Shown here one piece after another: positions 1 through 10,259 of a stretch of DNA of 64,000 bases. The notes beneath the pieces were generated by a model. It did not search any database and was not told the DNA's origin. It was given only the letters and a program-made list of their open reading frames with translations. Source of the DNA: Candidatus Bathyarchaeota archaeon (lineage in GTDB: Archaea; Thermoproteota; Bathyarchaeia; Hecatellales; Hecatellaceae); NCBI GenBank assembly GCA_052246995.1, contig JBQPWD010000002.1, forward strand, positions 160,001 through 224,000, written 5' to 3'. Made by a program: the position numbers and the translations under genes. Each line of letters begins with the position of its first letter. Position 1 is the stretch's first letter.

Positions 1-897
1 AGTTTTCAAGTTAAAAATAAACTTCAAAATCTTATAGAAGATGGTATAATTCCAGTTGTTACAGGATATATTGCTGTAGACCAAAATGGTGCAATTACAA
101 CCCTTGGTAGAGGAGGATCAGATTTTACAGCCACAATTTTAGGTTATGCCTTAGATGTTGACGAGGTGTGGATTTGGACTGATGTTGACGGAGTTATGAC
201 TGCGGATCCAAAGGTTGAGCCTAAAGCTAGGCTTATCCCTCAACTATCTTATAGTGAGGCTATGGAAATGGCTTATTTTGGGGCTAAAATGATCCATCCT
301 AAAGCTGTTGAGGCTGTCAGTGGAAAGGGCATACCTATAAGAGTTAGAAACACCTTTAACCCTCAAAACCCTGGAACGTTAATATTTAAAGAACAAAAAA
401 TATCGTCAAAATCCATTGTTAAATCTATTTCGCTTATACGTAAAGCTGCATTGATCACGGTAAGTGGAGCATCAATGTTTGGAGTTCCTGGTACTGCTGG
501 AAAGGTTTTTAAAATTTTAGGTGACAAAAACATCAACGTTTTAATGATTTCTCAAAGTTCTTCTGAGGCTAATATTTCATTTGTTATTCCAGTAGAAAAA
601 CTTGAGGATGCGCTAAACACGCTTGAAGACCGTCTGCTTGGAGGAGGTATTATTAAGGAGGTTAAGTCGGAAGATGACATTTGTGTAATCACGCTGGTTG
701 GGGCAGGAATGGTTGGAACACCAGGAGTTGCTGCAAGAATCTTTGGAGCTGTTGCACGTGAAAAAATTAATGTCAGGATGATCGCGCAAGGGTCGTCAGA
801 ACTAAGTATATCCTTTGTTGTTAAGGAAAATGATGGTGAAAGAGCTGTAAGAGCATTACACGAAGAGTTTAAACTTGACAAATTGGATGAGTTGTAA
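1..897 (+). CDS. lysC: Aspartate kinase, 5' end outside the window
   Basis: Frame is open from base 1 and contains TTLGRGGSDFTA, WTDVDGVMTADP and two C-terminal ACT domains (SQSSSE, AQGSSE). Confidence 0.95.
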   Translation, partial: SFQVKNKLQNLIEDGIIPVVTGYIAVDQNGAITTLGRGGSDFTATILGYALDVDEVWIWTDVDGVMTADPKVEPKARLIPQLSYSEAMEMAYFGAKMIHPKAVEAVSGKGIPIRVRNTFNPQNPGTLIFKEQKISSKSIVKSISLIRKAALITVSGASMFGVPGTAGKVFKILGDKNINVLMISQSSSEANISFVIPVEKLEDALNTLEDRLLGGGIIKEVKSEDDICVITLVGAGMVGTPGVAARIFGAVAREKINVRMIAQGSSELSISFVVKENDGERAVRALHEEFKLDKLDEL

Positions 898-903
898 ACA
901 TTT

Positions 904-1620
904 TTAAGTTATCTCGCATTTTTTAAGAAGTTTTCTCGGATTTTCTCTTAAAACCTTTAAAATATCTTTCTCGCATAAGCCTGCACCCATAGCCGCTTTA
1001 AAAGCTTCTTCAGAAGTGATAAAATCTTCAGGGCTATGCAGGTCGGTGTTTAATAAAAGTTTAGCTCCTGTTTTTAAAGCCACTTTTGCAAGGTACCCAT
1101 TTGTTAGACAATGTCCTTTACGTAAAGTTAACTCCAAGTAGACGTTATTTTCTCTTGCCAACTCAGTGTCCTCAAAGCTAATTAATCCCGGATGAGCTAA
1201 TACATCAACATCTCCACATTTCACAGCTTCATGGTTTGTTCCAGCTTTAACAGGTTCTTTTATTGTTTCACCATGAACAATTACAAGTTCAGCTCCAAGT
1301 TTTTTCGCTTTTAAAGCCATTGACTGTATCCTTTCAGGAGGAATATGTGTAAGTTCAACACCAATAAAAAACTTTGATTTCGCACTAAATTTTTTAAGCT
1401 CATTTGATGCTTTGATAAGTTTTGGTAAAACTGAATCAATGTTTGAAGCATCAACATGGTCAGTTACAGCTATAGCTTCATAATCAAGAAATTCAGCGTA
1501 TCTCACAATTTCACTTGGTAGAAGCTCCCCATCACTAAGCAGGGAGTGTGTGTGTAAGTCTATTCTTCTAATTTCAATTTTATTCTGAAATTTTCTCTCC
1601 AACTTAAATGTCGCTTCCAA
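904..1620 (-). CDS. PHP-family phosphoesterase, probable histidinol-phosphate phosphatase
   Basis: PHP motifs DLHTHS, TDH, GVE, HPG and NTDLH; last gene of the his cluster. Start is uncertain. Confidence 0.8.
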   Translation of the reverse strand: MEATFKLERKFQNKIEIRRIDLHTHSLLSDGELLPSEIVRYAEFLDYEAIAVTDHVDASNIDSVLPKLIKASNELKKFSAKSKFFIGVELTHIPPERIQSMALKAKKLGAELVIVHGETIKEPVKAGTNHEAVKCGDVDVLAHPGLISFEDTELARENNVYLELTLRKGHCLTNGYLAKVALKTGAKLLLNTDLHSPEDFITSEEAFKAAMGAGLCEKDILKVLRENPRKLLKKCEIT

Positions 1621-1647
1621 AGTTTAATAAAATTATGTTTAACATTA

Positions 1648-2010
1648 TCAATTTTTAAGGTTTTCAGGTTTTTGGAAGAAGCAACTTCTATAGCCTAGAT
1701 GGCATGCAACTCCTATTTGCTTAACCTTAACTAATATTGCATCTAAATCACAATCAAAATATATCTCCTTAACTATTTGGTAGTTTCCAGACGTTTCACC
1801 TTTAAGCCAAAGTTTCCTTCTTGAAGTACTCCAATAGTGGACTTTACCAGTACTCAATGTTTTTTCTACAGCTTCACGATTTGCATATGCAACCATAAGT
1901 ACCTCGTTTGTTTCAAAATCCTGAGCTACCACAATAACTAGTCCATTATGCCTATAATTCAGCTTTTTAACAATTTTTTTTGCATCTTCCAAACTAAGGG
2001 AGTAGGCCAA
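1648..2010 (-). CDS. hisI: Phosphoribosyl-AMP cyclohydrolase
   Basis: [29 protein letters not shown]. Confidence 0.95.
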   Translation of the reverse strand: MAYSLSLEDAKKIVKKLNYRHNGLVIVVAQDFETNEVLMVAYANREAVEKTLSTGKVHYWSTSRRKLWLKGETSGNYQIVKEIYFDCDLDAILVKVKQIGVACHLGYRSCFFQKPENLKN

Positions 2011-2013
2011 GTT

Positions 2014-2298
2014 TTACCTCCTCCTTCTTTTAAATTCTTCAAGCACTTCTTCCAAGGTTATATTTTCTAATACCCACAAAACAAATACATGAAAAATGAG
2101 GTCAACAGATTCATGGATAACCTCTTTTTTGACACCCATTTTTGATGCTTCTATAAGTTCTTTGGATTCTTCCTCAATTTTAGATAAAACTTTCTCCAAC
2201 CCCGCCTTAGTTAATTCTGAAACATAGGAGTTTAGCCTAGGGTTTTCTATTCTATCTCTAATAACATCAAAAACCTCTTTTAATATATTTAAGCTCAA
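2014..2298 (-). CDS. hisE: Phosphoribosyl-ATP pyrophosphohydrolase
   Basis: SYV..KIEEESKE..HESVDLIFH motif; his cluster context. Confidence 0.93.
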   Translation of the reverse strand: MSLNILKEVFDVIRDRIENPRLNSYVSELTKAGLEKVLSKIEEESKELIEASKMGVKKEVIHESVDLIFHVFVLWVLENITLEEVLEEFKRRRR

Positions 2299-2302
2299 AA
2301 AG

Positions 2303-3610
2303 TTAGCACTCCTCCCTAAATCTGGCTTCTACAGACTTTGCATGTAACTCTAACCCCTCAATTTCTGAAAAAAGTTTTACAACCTGGTTAAATCTTTTTA
2401 ACCCATCATGTGAAAGTTGGAGAATCGTTAATGGTTTTAGAAAATCGTACACGGTTAATCCTGAGTGGAAAGATGCAGCGCCACCAGTTGGGAGAACATG
2501 GTTAACACCAACAGCATAATCTGCAACAGGAACAGGAGTAAAACTTCCAACTGAAATTAAACCCGCATTCTTAACCATTGACACAACTTTTTCAGCATTT
2601 TCAGCAATAATTTCTAAATGTTCCGGAGCAAACACGTTAATAAATTTTACAGCCTCATCAACATCTTTTGCAACAAGAATTTTACCGTTTCTTTTTAAAG
2701 TTTCAAAAACATTTTTTTTAACAATTTTTGGTAGGGTATTTGTAATCTCTGCTTTAACTTTGTTTGCAAAATTCTCGGATGTAGAAACAAGAATAGATGT
2801 AGAATTTGGATCATGTTCAGCTTGAGATGCCAAATCCATAGCAACATAAAGAGGGTTTGCTGTTTCGTCAGCGAAAATCATTATTTCTGTTGGTCCAGCT
2901 GGGAAGTCTATGCCAACTTCTCCGTAAACCATCATTTTAGCCACTGTAACATAAACATTTCCAGGACCAACTATTTTGCTAACCTTTGGTATTGTTTCGG
3001 TACCGTAGGCTAATGCTCCTATTGCCTGAGCACCTCCTACTCTATAAACCTCGTCAACACCACCCATATCAAGAGCAACAAGTATTGCAGAATCTATTTT
3101 CCCATTTTTTCTTGGCGGGGTACACGCAACAACCTTTTCAACTCCAGCCACCTTAGCTGGAATGGTAAGCATTAACGCAGTTGAAGGATAAACTTTTCTG
3201 CCACCAGGAATGTAAACACCAACACTGTCTATTGGTTTAAAAATTTGTTTAATAAGCAGGCCACAAGATTTTTTAATTATTTTATCTTTTGGGCGTTGTT
3301 TAGAGTGTACACTTCTAATTCTTTCGGCAGTAGACCTAAAAACTTTAACAAGATTTTTAGGTACCTCACGATATGCTTCAAGAAATTCTTCTTCCGAAAC
3401 TCTTAATTCTTTCTTTGAAAGTCTAACACCATCGTAAATTTCAGTGTATTTTATAAGAGCTTTATCACCATGCTTTTTTACTTCATTTAAAATATCTGAT
3501 ACCGTTTTCCTGTAAACTTCTAAGTTAGTTTTCCACCTAGTAACAATTTTCAAAAAATCCTTCTTTTCAAGCGTATCTAGTCTTAAAACTTTAAACACCA
3601 TAATGCTCAC
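2303..3610 (-). CDS. hisD: Histidinol dehydrogenase
   Basis: GVYIPGG, GGAQAIGALAYG, GPGN, AGPTE, SQAEH, APEHL. Confidence 0.97.
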   Translation of the reverse strand: MSIMVFKVLRLDTLEKKDFLKIVTRWKTNLEVYRKTVSDILNEVKKHGDKALIKYTEIYDGVRLSKKELRVSEEEFLEAYREVPKNLVKVFRSTAERIRSVHSKQRPKDKIIKKSCGLLIKQIFKPIDSVGVYIPGGRKVYPSTALMLTIPAKVAGVEKVVACTPPRKNGKIDSAILVALDMGGVDEVYRVGGAQAIGALAYGTETIPKVSKIVGPGNVYVTVAKMMVYGEVGIDFPAGPTEIMIFADETANPLYVAMDLASQAEHDPNSTSILVSTSENFANKVKAEITNTLPKIVKKNVFETLKRNGKILVAKDVDEAVKFINVFAPEHLEIIAENAEKVVSMVKNAGLISVGSFTPVPVADYAVGVNHVLPTGGAASFHSGLTVYDFLKPLTILQLSHDGLKRFNQVVKLFSEIEGLELHAKSVEARFREEC

Positions 3611-3624
3611 TGGTTAAGAGAATT

Positions 3625-4212
3625 TTAGCATATACCCTTTGTACTAGGAACATTGTATTTACCTTTTTCTCTAATTTTTACAGCTTCCTTTAAGGACAAC
3701 CCCAGTGCTTTAAAAACAGCCTCAACCTTGTGATGGTCATCTCCTCCACGTAATACCATAACATGTAGGTTAAATTTTCCTTCATAGCTAAAAGACCTTA
3801 AAAAGTGGTTTACCATAGAAGATGAGAGACCTTCAATATTTTCTGGTTTAAGCTTGAGGTTGGATTTAAAATAAGGTCTACCAGACAGATCAAGACTTAC
3901 CAAAACTAAAACCTCGTCCATAGGAACAATAGCGTATCCAAACCTGTTTATTCCTACCTTTTCACCTAAAGCTTTGCTTAGAGCCTGACCTAATGTTAAA
4001 GCTACATCTTCAATAAGATGATGATTTTTGGATTTTTCGTATGTTTCAGCATAAACTTCCAGTTTCAGCATAGCATGAAGGGCAAAAGAAGTAAGTAAAT
4101 GGTTTAAAAACGCGTTTTCAGTTTTTATTTTTATTTCTCCAGCTTCATCAAGATTTAACTTTACGGTTACACTAGTTTCCTTTGTTATGCGTTTAACTTC
4201 AGCCTCCCGCAT
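3625..4212 (-). CDS. hisB: Imidazoleglycerol-phosphate dehydratase (monofunctional)
   Basis: RITKET, HHLIED, PMDE, DLSGRP, HHKVEAVFK, PSTKG. Confidence 0.96.
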   Translation of the reverse strand: MREAEVKRITKETSVTVKLNLDEAGEIKIKTENAFLNHLLTSFALHAMLKLEVYAETYEKSKNHHLIEDVALTLGQALSKALGEKVGINRFGYAIVPMDEVLVLVSLDLSGRPYFKSNLKLKPENIEGLSSSMVNHFLRSFSYEGKFNLHVMVLRGGDDHHKVEAVFKALGLSLKEAVKIREKGKYNVPSTKGIC

Positions 4213-4927
4213 TCTTAATCACCTCCATAGCCTCTTGTAGGCTAAAAACCCCTTCGTAAAGAGCTCTTCCAACAATTACCCCTGCTACATTTGCCCTCAA
4301 AAGCTTTACAATATCTTGAAGAGAAGAAACTCCTCCAGCATAAATGATGGGAATTTTTGTTGTTTCTACAAGCTTTTTAACAACTTCAATATTAATCCCA
4401 CTCATTGTTCCTTCAACATCAACATTTGTAAAAAGATATGCGGCAACATCTAAAGTTTCAAATGTTTTAGCAAGCTGATAGGGAGTTAACTTAACTTTTG
4501 TTTTCCAACCTTCTTTAACAAGGTAACCTTCCTTTGCATCCAAGGCAATTATGATGCGTTTAGGATTCACCATTTCTACAACTTCTTTAACAAAATCTAG
4601 ATTTTCTATTGCAGCCGTACCAAGAATAACCCACCTAGCACCGGCATTTAAAAATAAGGCAACATCCGTGATAGATCTTATACCTCCACCAACTTGTACT
4701 GGAATACTTACATTTTTCAGTATTTCCTTAATTACACTTTTATTATCTTTGAAGCCGTAAATTGCAGCATCAAGATCTACGATGTGGAGAATTTTTGCAC
4801 CACTTTCTTCCCAAAATTTGGCAACAGCCACGGGGTCATCTGAAACCTTTATTCCAGATTCAGGTTTTCCCTGAATAAGCTTTACACACTTACCATTCAT
4901 GATGTCAACTGAAGGTATAATGTACAA
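4199..4927 (-). CDS. hisA: ProFAR isomerase
   Basis: IIPSVD..GKCVKL.QG, HIVDLD, QVGGGIR, GTMSG, YAGGV. Confidence 0.95.
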   Translation of the reverse strand: MYIIPSVDIMNGKCVKLIQGKPESGIKVSDDPVAVAKFWEESGAKILHIVDLDAAIYGFKDNKSVIKEILKNVSIPVQVGGGIRSITDVALFLNAGARWVILGTAAIENLDFVKEVVEMVNPKRIIIALDAKEGYLVKEGWKTKVKLTPYQLAKTFETLDVAAYLFTNVDVEGTMSGINIEVVKKLVETTKIPIIYAGGVSSLQDIVKLLRANVAGVIVGRALYEGVFSLQEAMEVIKNAGG

Positions 4928-5102
4928 CCTTACTTTTCACCAAAGTATTGTTATAAAATTTAGTTGTTACAGGCATTTAAAATAAGTTTACTATGCTCAG
5001 CCTAATGTTACAGTGAGCCATCAAGCTGGAAATGATAAAACTTATAAGATAAGTTTTTATATAGCTTTAACGTCAACATAACAACTGTTAATGTGATAAA
5101 GA

Positions 5103-5276
5103 ATGAAAACTGTATGTCCAGAATGTGGTGCCGAGTTTGAAACACCCCAAGATGTAGTCATAGGTGAAATTTTAACATGTCCTGAATGTGGTTTAGAGTT
5201 GGAGGTAACAAGTATAGAGAAGTGTAATGTAGAAGTTAAACCTTCCCAAGTTTCAGGTGAAGATTGGGGAGAGTGA
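5103..5276 (+). CDS. lysW: Amino-group carrier protein LysW (57 aa, not in the ORF track)
   Basis: Hand translation MKTVCPECGAEFETPQDVVIGEILTCPECGLELEVTSIEKCNVEVKPSQVSGEDWGE: two CPEC zinc knuckles and the diagnostic C-terminal EDWGE; abuts lysX. Confidence 0.97.
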   Translation: MKTVCPECGAEFETPQDVVIGEILTCPECGLELEVTSIEKCNVEVKPSQVSGEDWGE

Positions 5277-6137
5277 TTGGGGATCATCATTGGTATTGTT
5301 TATGATCAAATTCGGTGGGAAGAAAAAGCAATAATAGAAACAGCCAAAACTAGAGGTATAAACGTAAACTTAATAGATGCAAAACAAAGTTTCTTTAACA
5401 TTACACGTGAAGATGACTATAGTTCAAAAAATCTTGGAGATGTTCTACTTCAAAGATGCATAAGTTACTTTAGAAATCTTCACCTCACCGCAATTCTTGA
5501 AAGTAAAGGATATTACGTAGTAAACCCTTATAATGTTTCAAGCATATGCGGAAATAAGCTTTTAACAACCATTGCACTATCAAAAGCAGGAATACCGACA
5601 CCTGAAACTTATGTTGCGTTTACACCGGAAGGAGCGTTTTCAGCATTTAAGAAGTTAAATCGTCCAGTAATGTTGAAACCTATCGTTGGAAGCTGGGGTA
5701 GACTTATTGTACCCTTAAAGGATGAAGAAACAGCTAGAGCTGTTTTTGAAGAAAGAGAATACATGTTTCCGCTTTATCAAGTTTATTATATTCAGGATAT
5801 GGTAAAAAGACCTCCAAGAGATATCAGAACATTTGTCATAGATGATGAAGTTATAGCTGCAATCTATAGATACTCGTTTACAGATGTTAAGACAAATATT
5901 GCAAGAGGAGGTAAAGCAGAATACTGCCAAATAACTGATGAGCTTAGAGAGCTTAGTCTTAAAGCAGCTGAAACGGTTGGCGGAGGAATTTTAGGAGTAG
6001 ATATGATGGAAACGGAGAATGGTCTTGTTGTTCATGAAATAAATCATACTGTTGAATTTAAAGCCACTGTTGAAGCAACAGGAGTAAACATACCCAAGTA
6101 TATTGTGGGATATCTTATTAGAAAAGCTAAAAAATAG
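5277..6137 (+). CDS. lysX: LysW ligase (LysX/ArgX, RimK-family ATP-grasp)
   Basis: RWEEK, LQRCIS, KPIVGSWGR, RDIR, TNIARGG, EINHTVEFK. Confidence 0.93.
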   Translation: MGIIIGIVYDQIRWEEKAIIETAKTRGINVNLIDAKQSFFNITREDDYSSKNLGDVLLQRCISYFRNLHLTAILESKGYYVVNPYNVSSICGNKLLTTIALSKAGIPTPETYVAFTPEGAFSAFKKLNRPVMLKPIVGSWGRLIVPLKDEETARAVFEEREYMFPLYQVYYIQDMVKRPPRDIRTFVIDDEVIAAIYRYSFTDVKTNIARGGKAEYCQITDELRELSLKAAETVGGGILGVDMMETENGLVVHEINHTVEFKATVEATGVNIPKYIVGYLIRKAKK

Positions 6138-6169
6138 AAATATTTAATGTTAAATAAAAAACTGAAAAG

Positions 6170-7234
6170 ATGAGAAATTTGGTTCGGGTTGGAATAATCG
6201 GCGGTTCAGGGTACACTGGTGGAGAACTTTTAAGGTTCCTTCTTTTTCATCCAAAAGTCGAGCTAACTCACATAACTTCCAGAGAATATGCTGGTGAACA
6301 TATTTTTAGAGTTCATCCAAATTTAAGAGGTTTAACAAAACTTCAATTTGATAAACCTGACATATCAAAAACAATAAGCTTATGTGACCTCGTATTTGTT
6401 GCCACACCACACGGAGTATCTTCAAAACTTACCCCAAAAATTTTGGAGGCGGGATTAAAAGTTATAGATTTAAGCGCAGATTTTAGACTTAAAGATCCAG
6501 TTGAGTATGAAAAATGGTATGGTTGGCAGCATCCACACCCTGAACTTTTAAAAGATGCGATATATGGAGTTCCGGAGCTTTATAGAGATAAAATTAGAAA
6601 TGCTAGGCTTATAGCCTGCCCAGGATGTATGGCTGTGGCAGCTATACTCAGTCTGGCACCCGTTTTTAAAGAAAAAATTGTTGAAGAAGATAGAGTGGTT
6701 GTTGATGTTAAAATAGGGTCGTCTGGTGCAGGAGCAAAACCTACACGCTCAACCCATCACTCTGAAAGATATGGGGTTATCAGACCCTACAAGCCTGCGG
6801 GACATAGACATACCGCTGAAATAGAACAAGAATTAAAAGCAATTTCAGGTTTAAATGTTAAGGTAGCTATGTCTGCTCATGCAGTAAATATTGTAAGAGG
6901 TATTCTTTCGACATCCCATACATTTTTGACTAGAGAGGTTAGTATAACTGAAATCTGGAAGATTTACCGCTCCTTCTATAAGGATGAACCATTTATTAGA
7001 TTTATTAAGGACAAAAAAGGCTTATACAAGCTTCCAGATCCTAAAATTATTTTAGGTTCAAACTTTTGTGATATAGGGTTTGAGGTTGATGAACATTGCA
7101 ACAGACTTGTAGTTTTAGGGGCAATAGACAACCTAGTAAAAGGAGCAGCAGGTATAGCTGTTCAAAACATGAATATTCTTCTAGGATTTGACGAAAAAGA
7201 TGGGCTTATCCAGCCACCTATACATCCAGTGTAG
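6170..7234 (+). CDS. lysY: LysW-aminoadipyl/glutamyl-phosphate reductase (ArgC family)
   Basis: GGSGYTGGE, DLSADFRL, CPGC, GSSGAG, HRHTAE, DNLVKGAAG. Confidence 0.94.
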   Translation: MRNLVRVGIIGGSGYTGGELLRFLLFHPKVELTHITSREYAGEHIFRVHPNLRGLTKLQFDKPDISKTISLCDLVFVATPHGVSSKLTPKILEAGLKVIDLSADFRLKDPVEYEKWYGWQHPHPELLKDAIYGVPELYRDKIRNARLIACPGCMAVAAILSLAPVFKEKIVEEDRVVVDVKIGSSGAGAKPTRSTHHSERYGVIRPYKPAGHRHTAEIEQELKAISGLNVKVAMSAHAVNIVRGILSTSHTFLTREVSITEIWKIYRSFYKDEPFIRFIKDKKGLYKLPDPKIILGSNFCDIGFEVDEHCNRLVVLGAIDNLVKGAAGIAVQNMNILLGFDEKDGLIQPPIHPV

Positions 7235-7468
7235 ACATTTTGTTAAAAATGTTAAAAAAGAATTTTTTTAGCTTCTTTGCAGTAAAATCTCACTTACAAC
7301 AAAGATAGGAATAGTTGTTAGAAAGATGGTCAAGTAAAAGATATTAAAGATAAAAATAGCTTTAAGTTAACAATAATTTAAAAAATCATGGGCTAAAATT
7401 TTAAATAAAAGTGAAATCTTTTTAGGAGTGTTTATGTTAAATTTTTGATGTTTCAGGTGAAACAAAAA

Positions 7469-8287
7469 TTGCAGTTTAAAACTTTTGTGGTTAAGATTGG
7501 TGGAAGTATTTTAAAGTCAGAATTTCCTGAAGGGTTAAAAGAAGACCTTAAAAAGCTTTACATGAATAGTAAAGTTGTCCTTGTTCATGGTGGAGCCGAT
7601 GTTGTAACTCAAGTTGCTGAAGCAATGGGGAAACAGCAAAAGTTTATTATTTCACCTGATGGTATGCGCAGCCGTTATACTGACAAAGAAACAGTGGAAA
7701 TTTATACAATGGTTATGGCTGGAAAAATAAATAAACAGATCGTAGCGGCACTTCATCAATACAATATTAAAGCTGTAGGTCTTAGTGGTGTTGACGGTTT
7801 TCTTTTAAAGGCTATAAGAAAAAAGAAGCTTATAATCTTAGATGAAAGGGGAAGAAAAGTTGCTATTGATGGAGGTTACACTGGTAAGATTGAATGTGTA
7901 AACGTTGAACTTTTAAACAATCTGTTAAACTTAGGCTATCTTCCTGTTGTTGCTCCTATAGCAATGGATGACGAATACAACATTTTAAATGTTGATAGCG
8001 ACCGGGCTGCTGCATATATTGCCGCAGCTTTAAAAGCTGATGGAATGTTAATTTGCACGGATGTTGAAGGTTTAATACTTAATGGGAGTGTTGTTCCAAG
8101 GATAAGTATAGCTGATGCCAAAGAAAAGATTCCATTGATAGGACATGGAATGAAAAAGAAGATTTATGCTGCTGTTGAGGCTTTGGAAGCTGGTGTTAAA
8201 AATGTTTTTATAACTTCTGGCTTTATAAGTAACCCTTTAAGTTTAGCTTTAAACTATAAGGCGGGAACCTTAATTGTCCATGAGTAG
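7469..8287 (+). CDS. lysZ: LysW-aminoadipate/glutamate kinase (ArgB family)
   Basis: VKIGG, VHGG, SRYTD, GGYTGKI, NVDSDR, GMKKK. TTG at 7469 after AGGTGA is preferred over the track start at 7445. Confidence 0.93.
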   Translation: MQFKTFVVKIGGSILKSEFPEGLKEDLKKLYMNSKVVLVHGGADVVTQVAEAMGKQQKFIISPDGMRSRYTDKETVEIYTMVMAGKINKQIVAALHQYNIKAVGLSGVDGFLLKAIRKKKLIILDERGRKVAIDGGYTGKIECVNVELLNNLLNLGYLPVVAPIAMDDEYNILNVDSDRAAAYIAAALKADGMLICTDVEGLILNGSVVPRISIADAKEKIPLIGHGMKKKIYAAVEALEAGVKNVFITSGFISNPLSLALNYKAGTLIVHE

Positions 8288-9476
8288 AGATGAAATAATA
8301 AAATTTGAAGATGAGTATCTAGCAAAAGTGTACCATAAAAGGAGCATTGTGGTTGCACAAGGAAAAGACTCTATAATTTGGGATGTTAATGGCAAACAAT
8401 ATGTGGATTGCATGGCAGGTTATGGTGCAGCTTTTGTTGGGCACTCAAACACAAAAATTGTTGAAGCAATAAAGAAACAAGCTGAAAAACTTATTTCATG
8501 TCATTGTTCACTCTATAACGAAGCTAGAGCTCAGCTTTTAAAAAGATTGTCTAAAATTGTGCCTGCAAGTTTACATAAAGTTTTTTTATCAAACAGTGGG
8601 GCTGAAGCTGTAGAGGCAGCATTAAAATTTGCTAGAAAGTTTACAGGAAAAAAGGAAATTATTGCAATGATTAGAAGTTACCACGGTAAAACGTTTGGTG
8701 CACTTTCAGTAACATGGAATCAAAAGTACAGAGCATCTTTTGAACCTTTAATCCCAAACGTGAAGTTTGTTCCTTTTGGTGATGCTGAAAAAGTTGAAAA
8801 AACTGTTAGTAATGATACTGCCGCAATAATTGTTGAACCAATTCAAGGAGAAGCTGGTGTTTATATCCCACCTGAGGATTACCTTAAGCAATTGAGAGAA
8901 ATTGCTGATAGAAAAGGCTTAATTTTAATTTTTGATGAAGTTCAAACAGGATTTGCAAGAACAGGTAAAATGTTTGCTTTTGAACATTGGAATACTATTC
9001 CTGATATTCTTTGCTTAGCCAAATCTGCAGGAGGAGGAGTACCCATAGGAATTACTATGGGTAGAGAAGACATAATGTCAAGTTTAAGTATCGGAGAACA
9101 CTCAAGCACGTTTGGTGGAAATCCTTTGGCTTGTGCAGCCGCTTCAGCAACAATAGATGTTCTAGTTGAGGAGAAAGCATGGGAAATAACATCAAAACTT
9201 GGAGACTACTTTGTAAATGCTTTAAAAAATTCCTGTGAAAAATTTAGGATTCTCAGGGAGGTTAGAGGGTTGGGATTAATGGTTGCCGTTGAATTAAGGT
9301 TTGATGTCCTCGATGTTATAGAAAATATGCAGGAAAAGGGAGTTATAGTGTTAAGTTCAGGAAGGAATATTTTAAGGTTTTTGCCTTCATATAAGATTAC
9401 AAGGGAACAACTAAACTTTGTAGTAGAAGTTTTAAAAAGTTGTTTAGAAGAAAAAGAAAAAAGAGTTTTTAGTTAA
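8274..9476 (+). CDS. lysJ: LysW-semialdehyde aminotransferase (ArgD family)
   Basis: NSGAEAVE, YHGKT, EPIQGEAG, DEVQTGFARTG, HSSTFGGNPLA. Confidence 0.93.
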   Translation: MSMSRDEIIKFEDEYLAKVYHKRSIVVAQGKDSIIWDVNGKQYVDCMAGYGAAFVGHSNTKIVEAIKKQAEKLISCHCSLYNEARAQLLKRLSKIVPASLHKVFLSNSGAEAVEAALKFARKFTGKKEIIAMIRSYHGKTFGALSVTWNQKYRASFEPLIPNVKFVPFGDAEKVEKTVSNDTAAIIVEPIQGEAGVYIPPEDYLKQLREIADRKGLILIFDEVQTGFARTGKMFAFEHWNTIPDILCLAKSAGGGVPIGITMGREDIMSSLSIGEHSSTFGGNPLACAAASATIDVLVEEKAWEITSKLGDYFVNALKNSCEKFRILREVRGLGLMVAVELRFDVLDVIENMQEKGVIVLSSGRNILRFLPSYKITREQLNFVVEVLKSCLEEKEKRVFS

Positions 9477-10240
9477 ACAAATAAGTCTTGTTTTATTGGT
9501 CTAGCTAGTATTGAAGCCTTAGCATTGTTGTTTTTAACATATTTTGTGTAGCCCTTAATTATTGCTACAGGAACCCCCTCATCAGCTTCACCTATAATAA
9601 GCTCTGCAGCTGATGCAAGTTCATCAGCTATTGCTATTTGTTTAACCTTTAACGTGTAACCAAAAAGGTCCTTTTCACCTCTTCTATCAAGAATAGGATT
9701 TAAACCCGAAACCCCTATAGCGATGTTAACTTGACCCATTCTTAAAGGTCTACCTGACGTATCTGAGATTATTACCGCAACATCTCTATCAGTTAACTTT
9801 TTAATTTTATTTCTAATTTTTCTAGCGGATTCATCAGGATCTCTTGGTAAAGTTGTAACACTATCCCCACCAGAAACATTGGACACGTCTACCCCGGAGT
9901 TTGCGCAAATAAACCCATGTTTTGTCTGAGTTATCAAGTTTTTACCCCTAAGCCTAATAATTCGCTTTGATTCCCTTAAAATTACCTCAACAATTTCCGC
10001 AGGTTTGGATGTAAGCTCAGAAATTATTTTTGCTTGAACGCTTGGCTTAATTTTTTTAAGCGTAAAAATTAATCCTTCAGCTTTTGAAACTATTGTTTGA
10101 GAAATAACTAAAATATCATTATCCTCAAGTTTTAATCCTTGTTTTTTAATAGCGTCACAAACAATCTCTGCTATATCATCTCCGGGTTTAATTATTGGTA
10201 TACCCTTTACACCTATAATTTCAAGTCTGTCATTATTCAA
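9473..10240 (-). CDS. cofE: Coenzyme F420-0:L-glutamate ligase
   Basis: IVSKAEG, ANSGVDVSN, PRDPDESA, SDTSGRPLR, DELASAA. Confidence 0.93.
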   Translation of the reverse strand: MNNDRLEIIGVKGIPIIKPGDDIAEIVCDAIKKQGLKLEDNDILVISQTIVSKAEGLIFTLKKIKPSVQAKIISELTSKPAEIVEVILRESKRIIRLRGKNLITQTKHGFICANSGVDVSNVSGGDSVTTLPRDPDESARKIRNKIKKLTDRDVAVIISDTSGRPLRMGQVNIAIGVSGLNPILDRRGEKDLFGYTLKVKQIAIADELASAAELIIGEADEGVPVAIIKGYTKYVKNNNAKASILARPIKQDLFV

Positions 10241-10259
10241 ACTTAACCACCTTAAACAT

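Noticed and set aside
4995-5026. Minus-strand TTGATGG-N17-CTGA, C/D or kink-turn-like
   Set aside because: Box C is imperfect, the element is too short for two guides, and no target is recognisable.
5057-5290. 77-aa minus-strand ORF in the track
   Set aside because: Antisense shadow of lysW.
7235-7468. Gap between lysY and lysZ as a lost gene or ncRNA
   Set aside because: No recognisable reading frame, box motifs or stable structure; probably promoter DNA.
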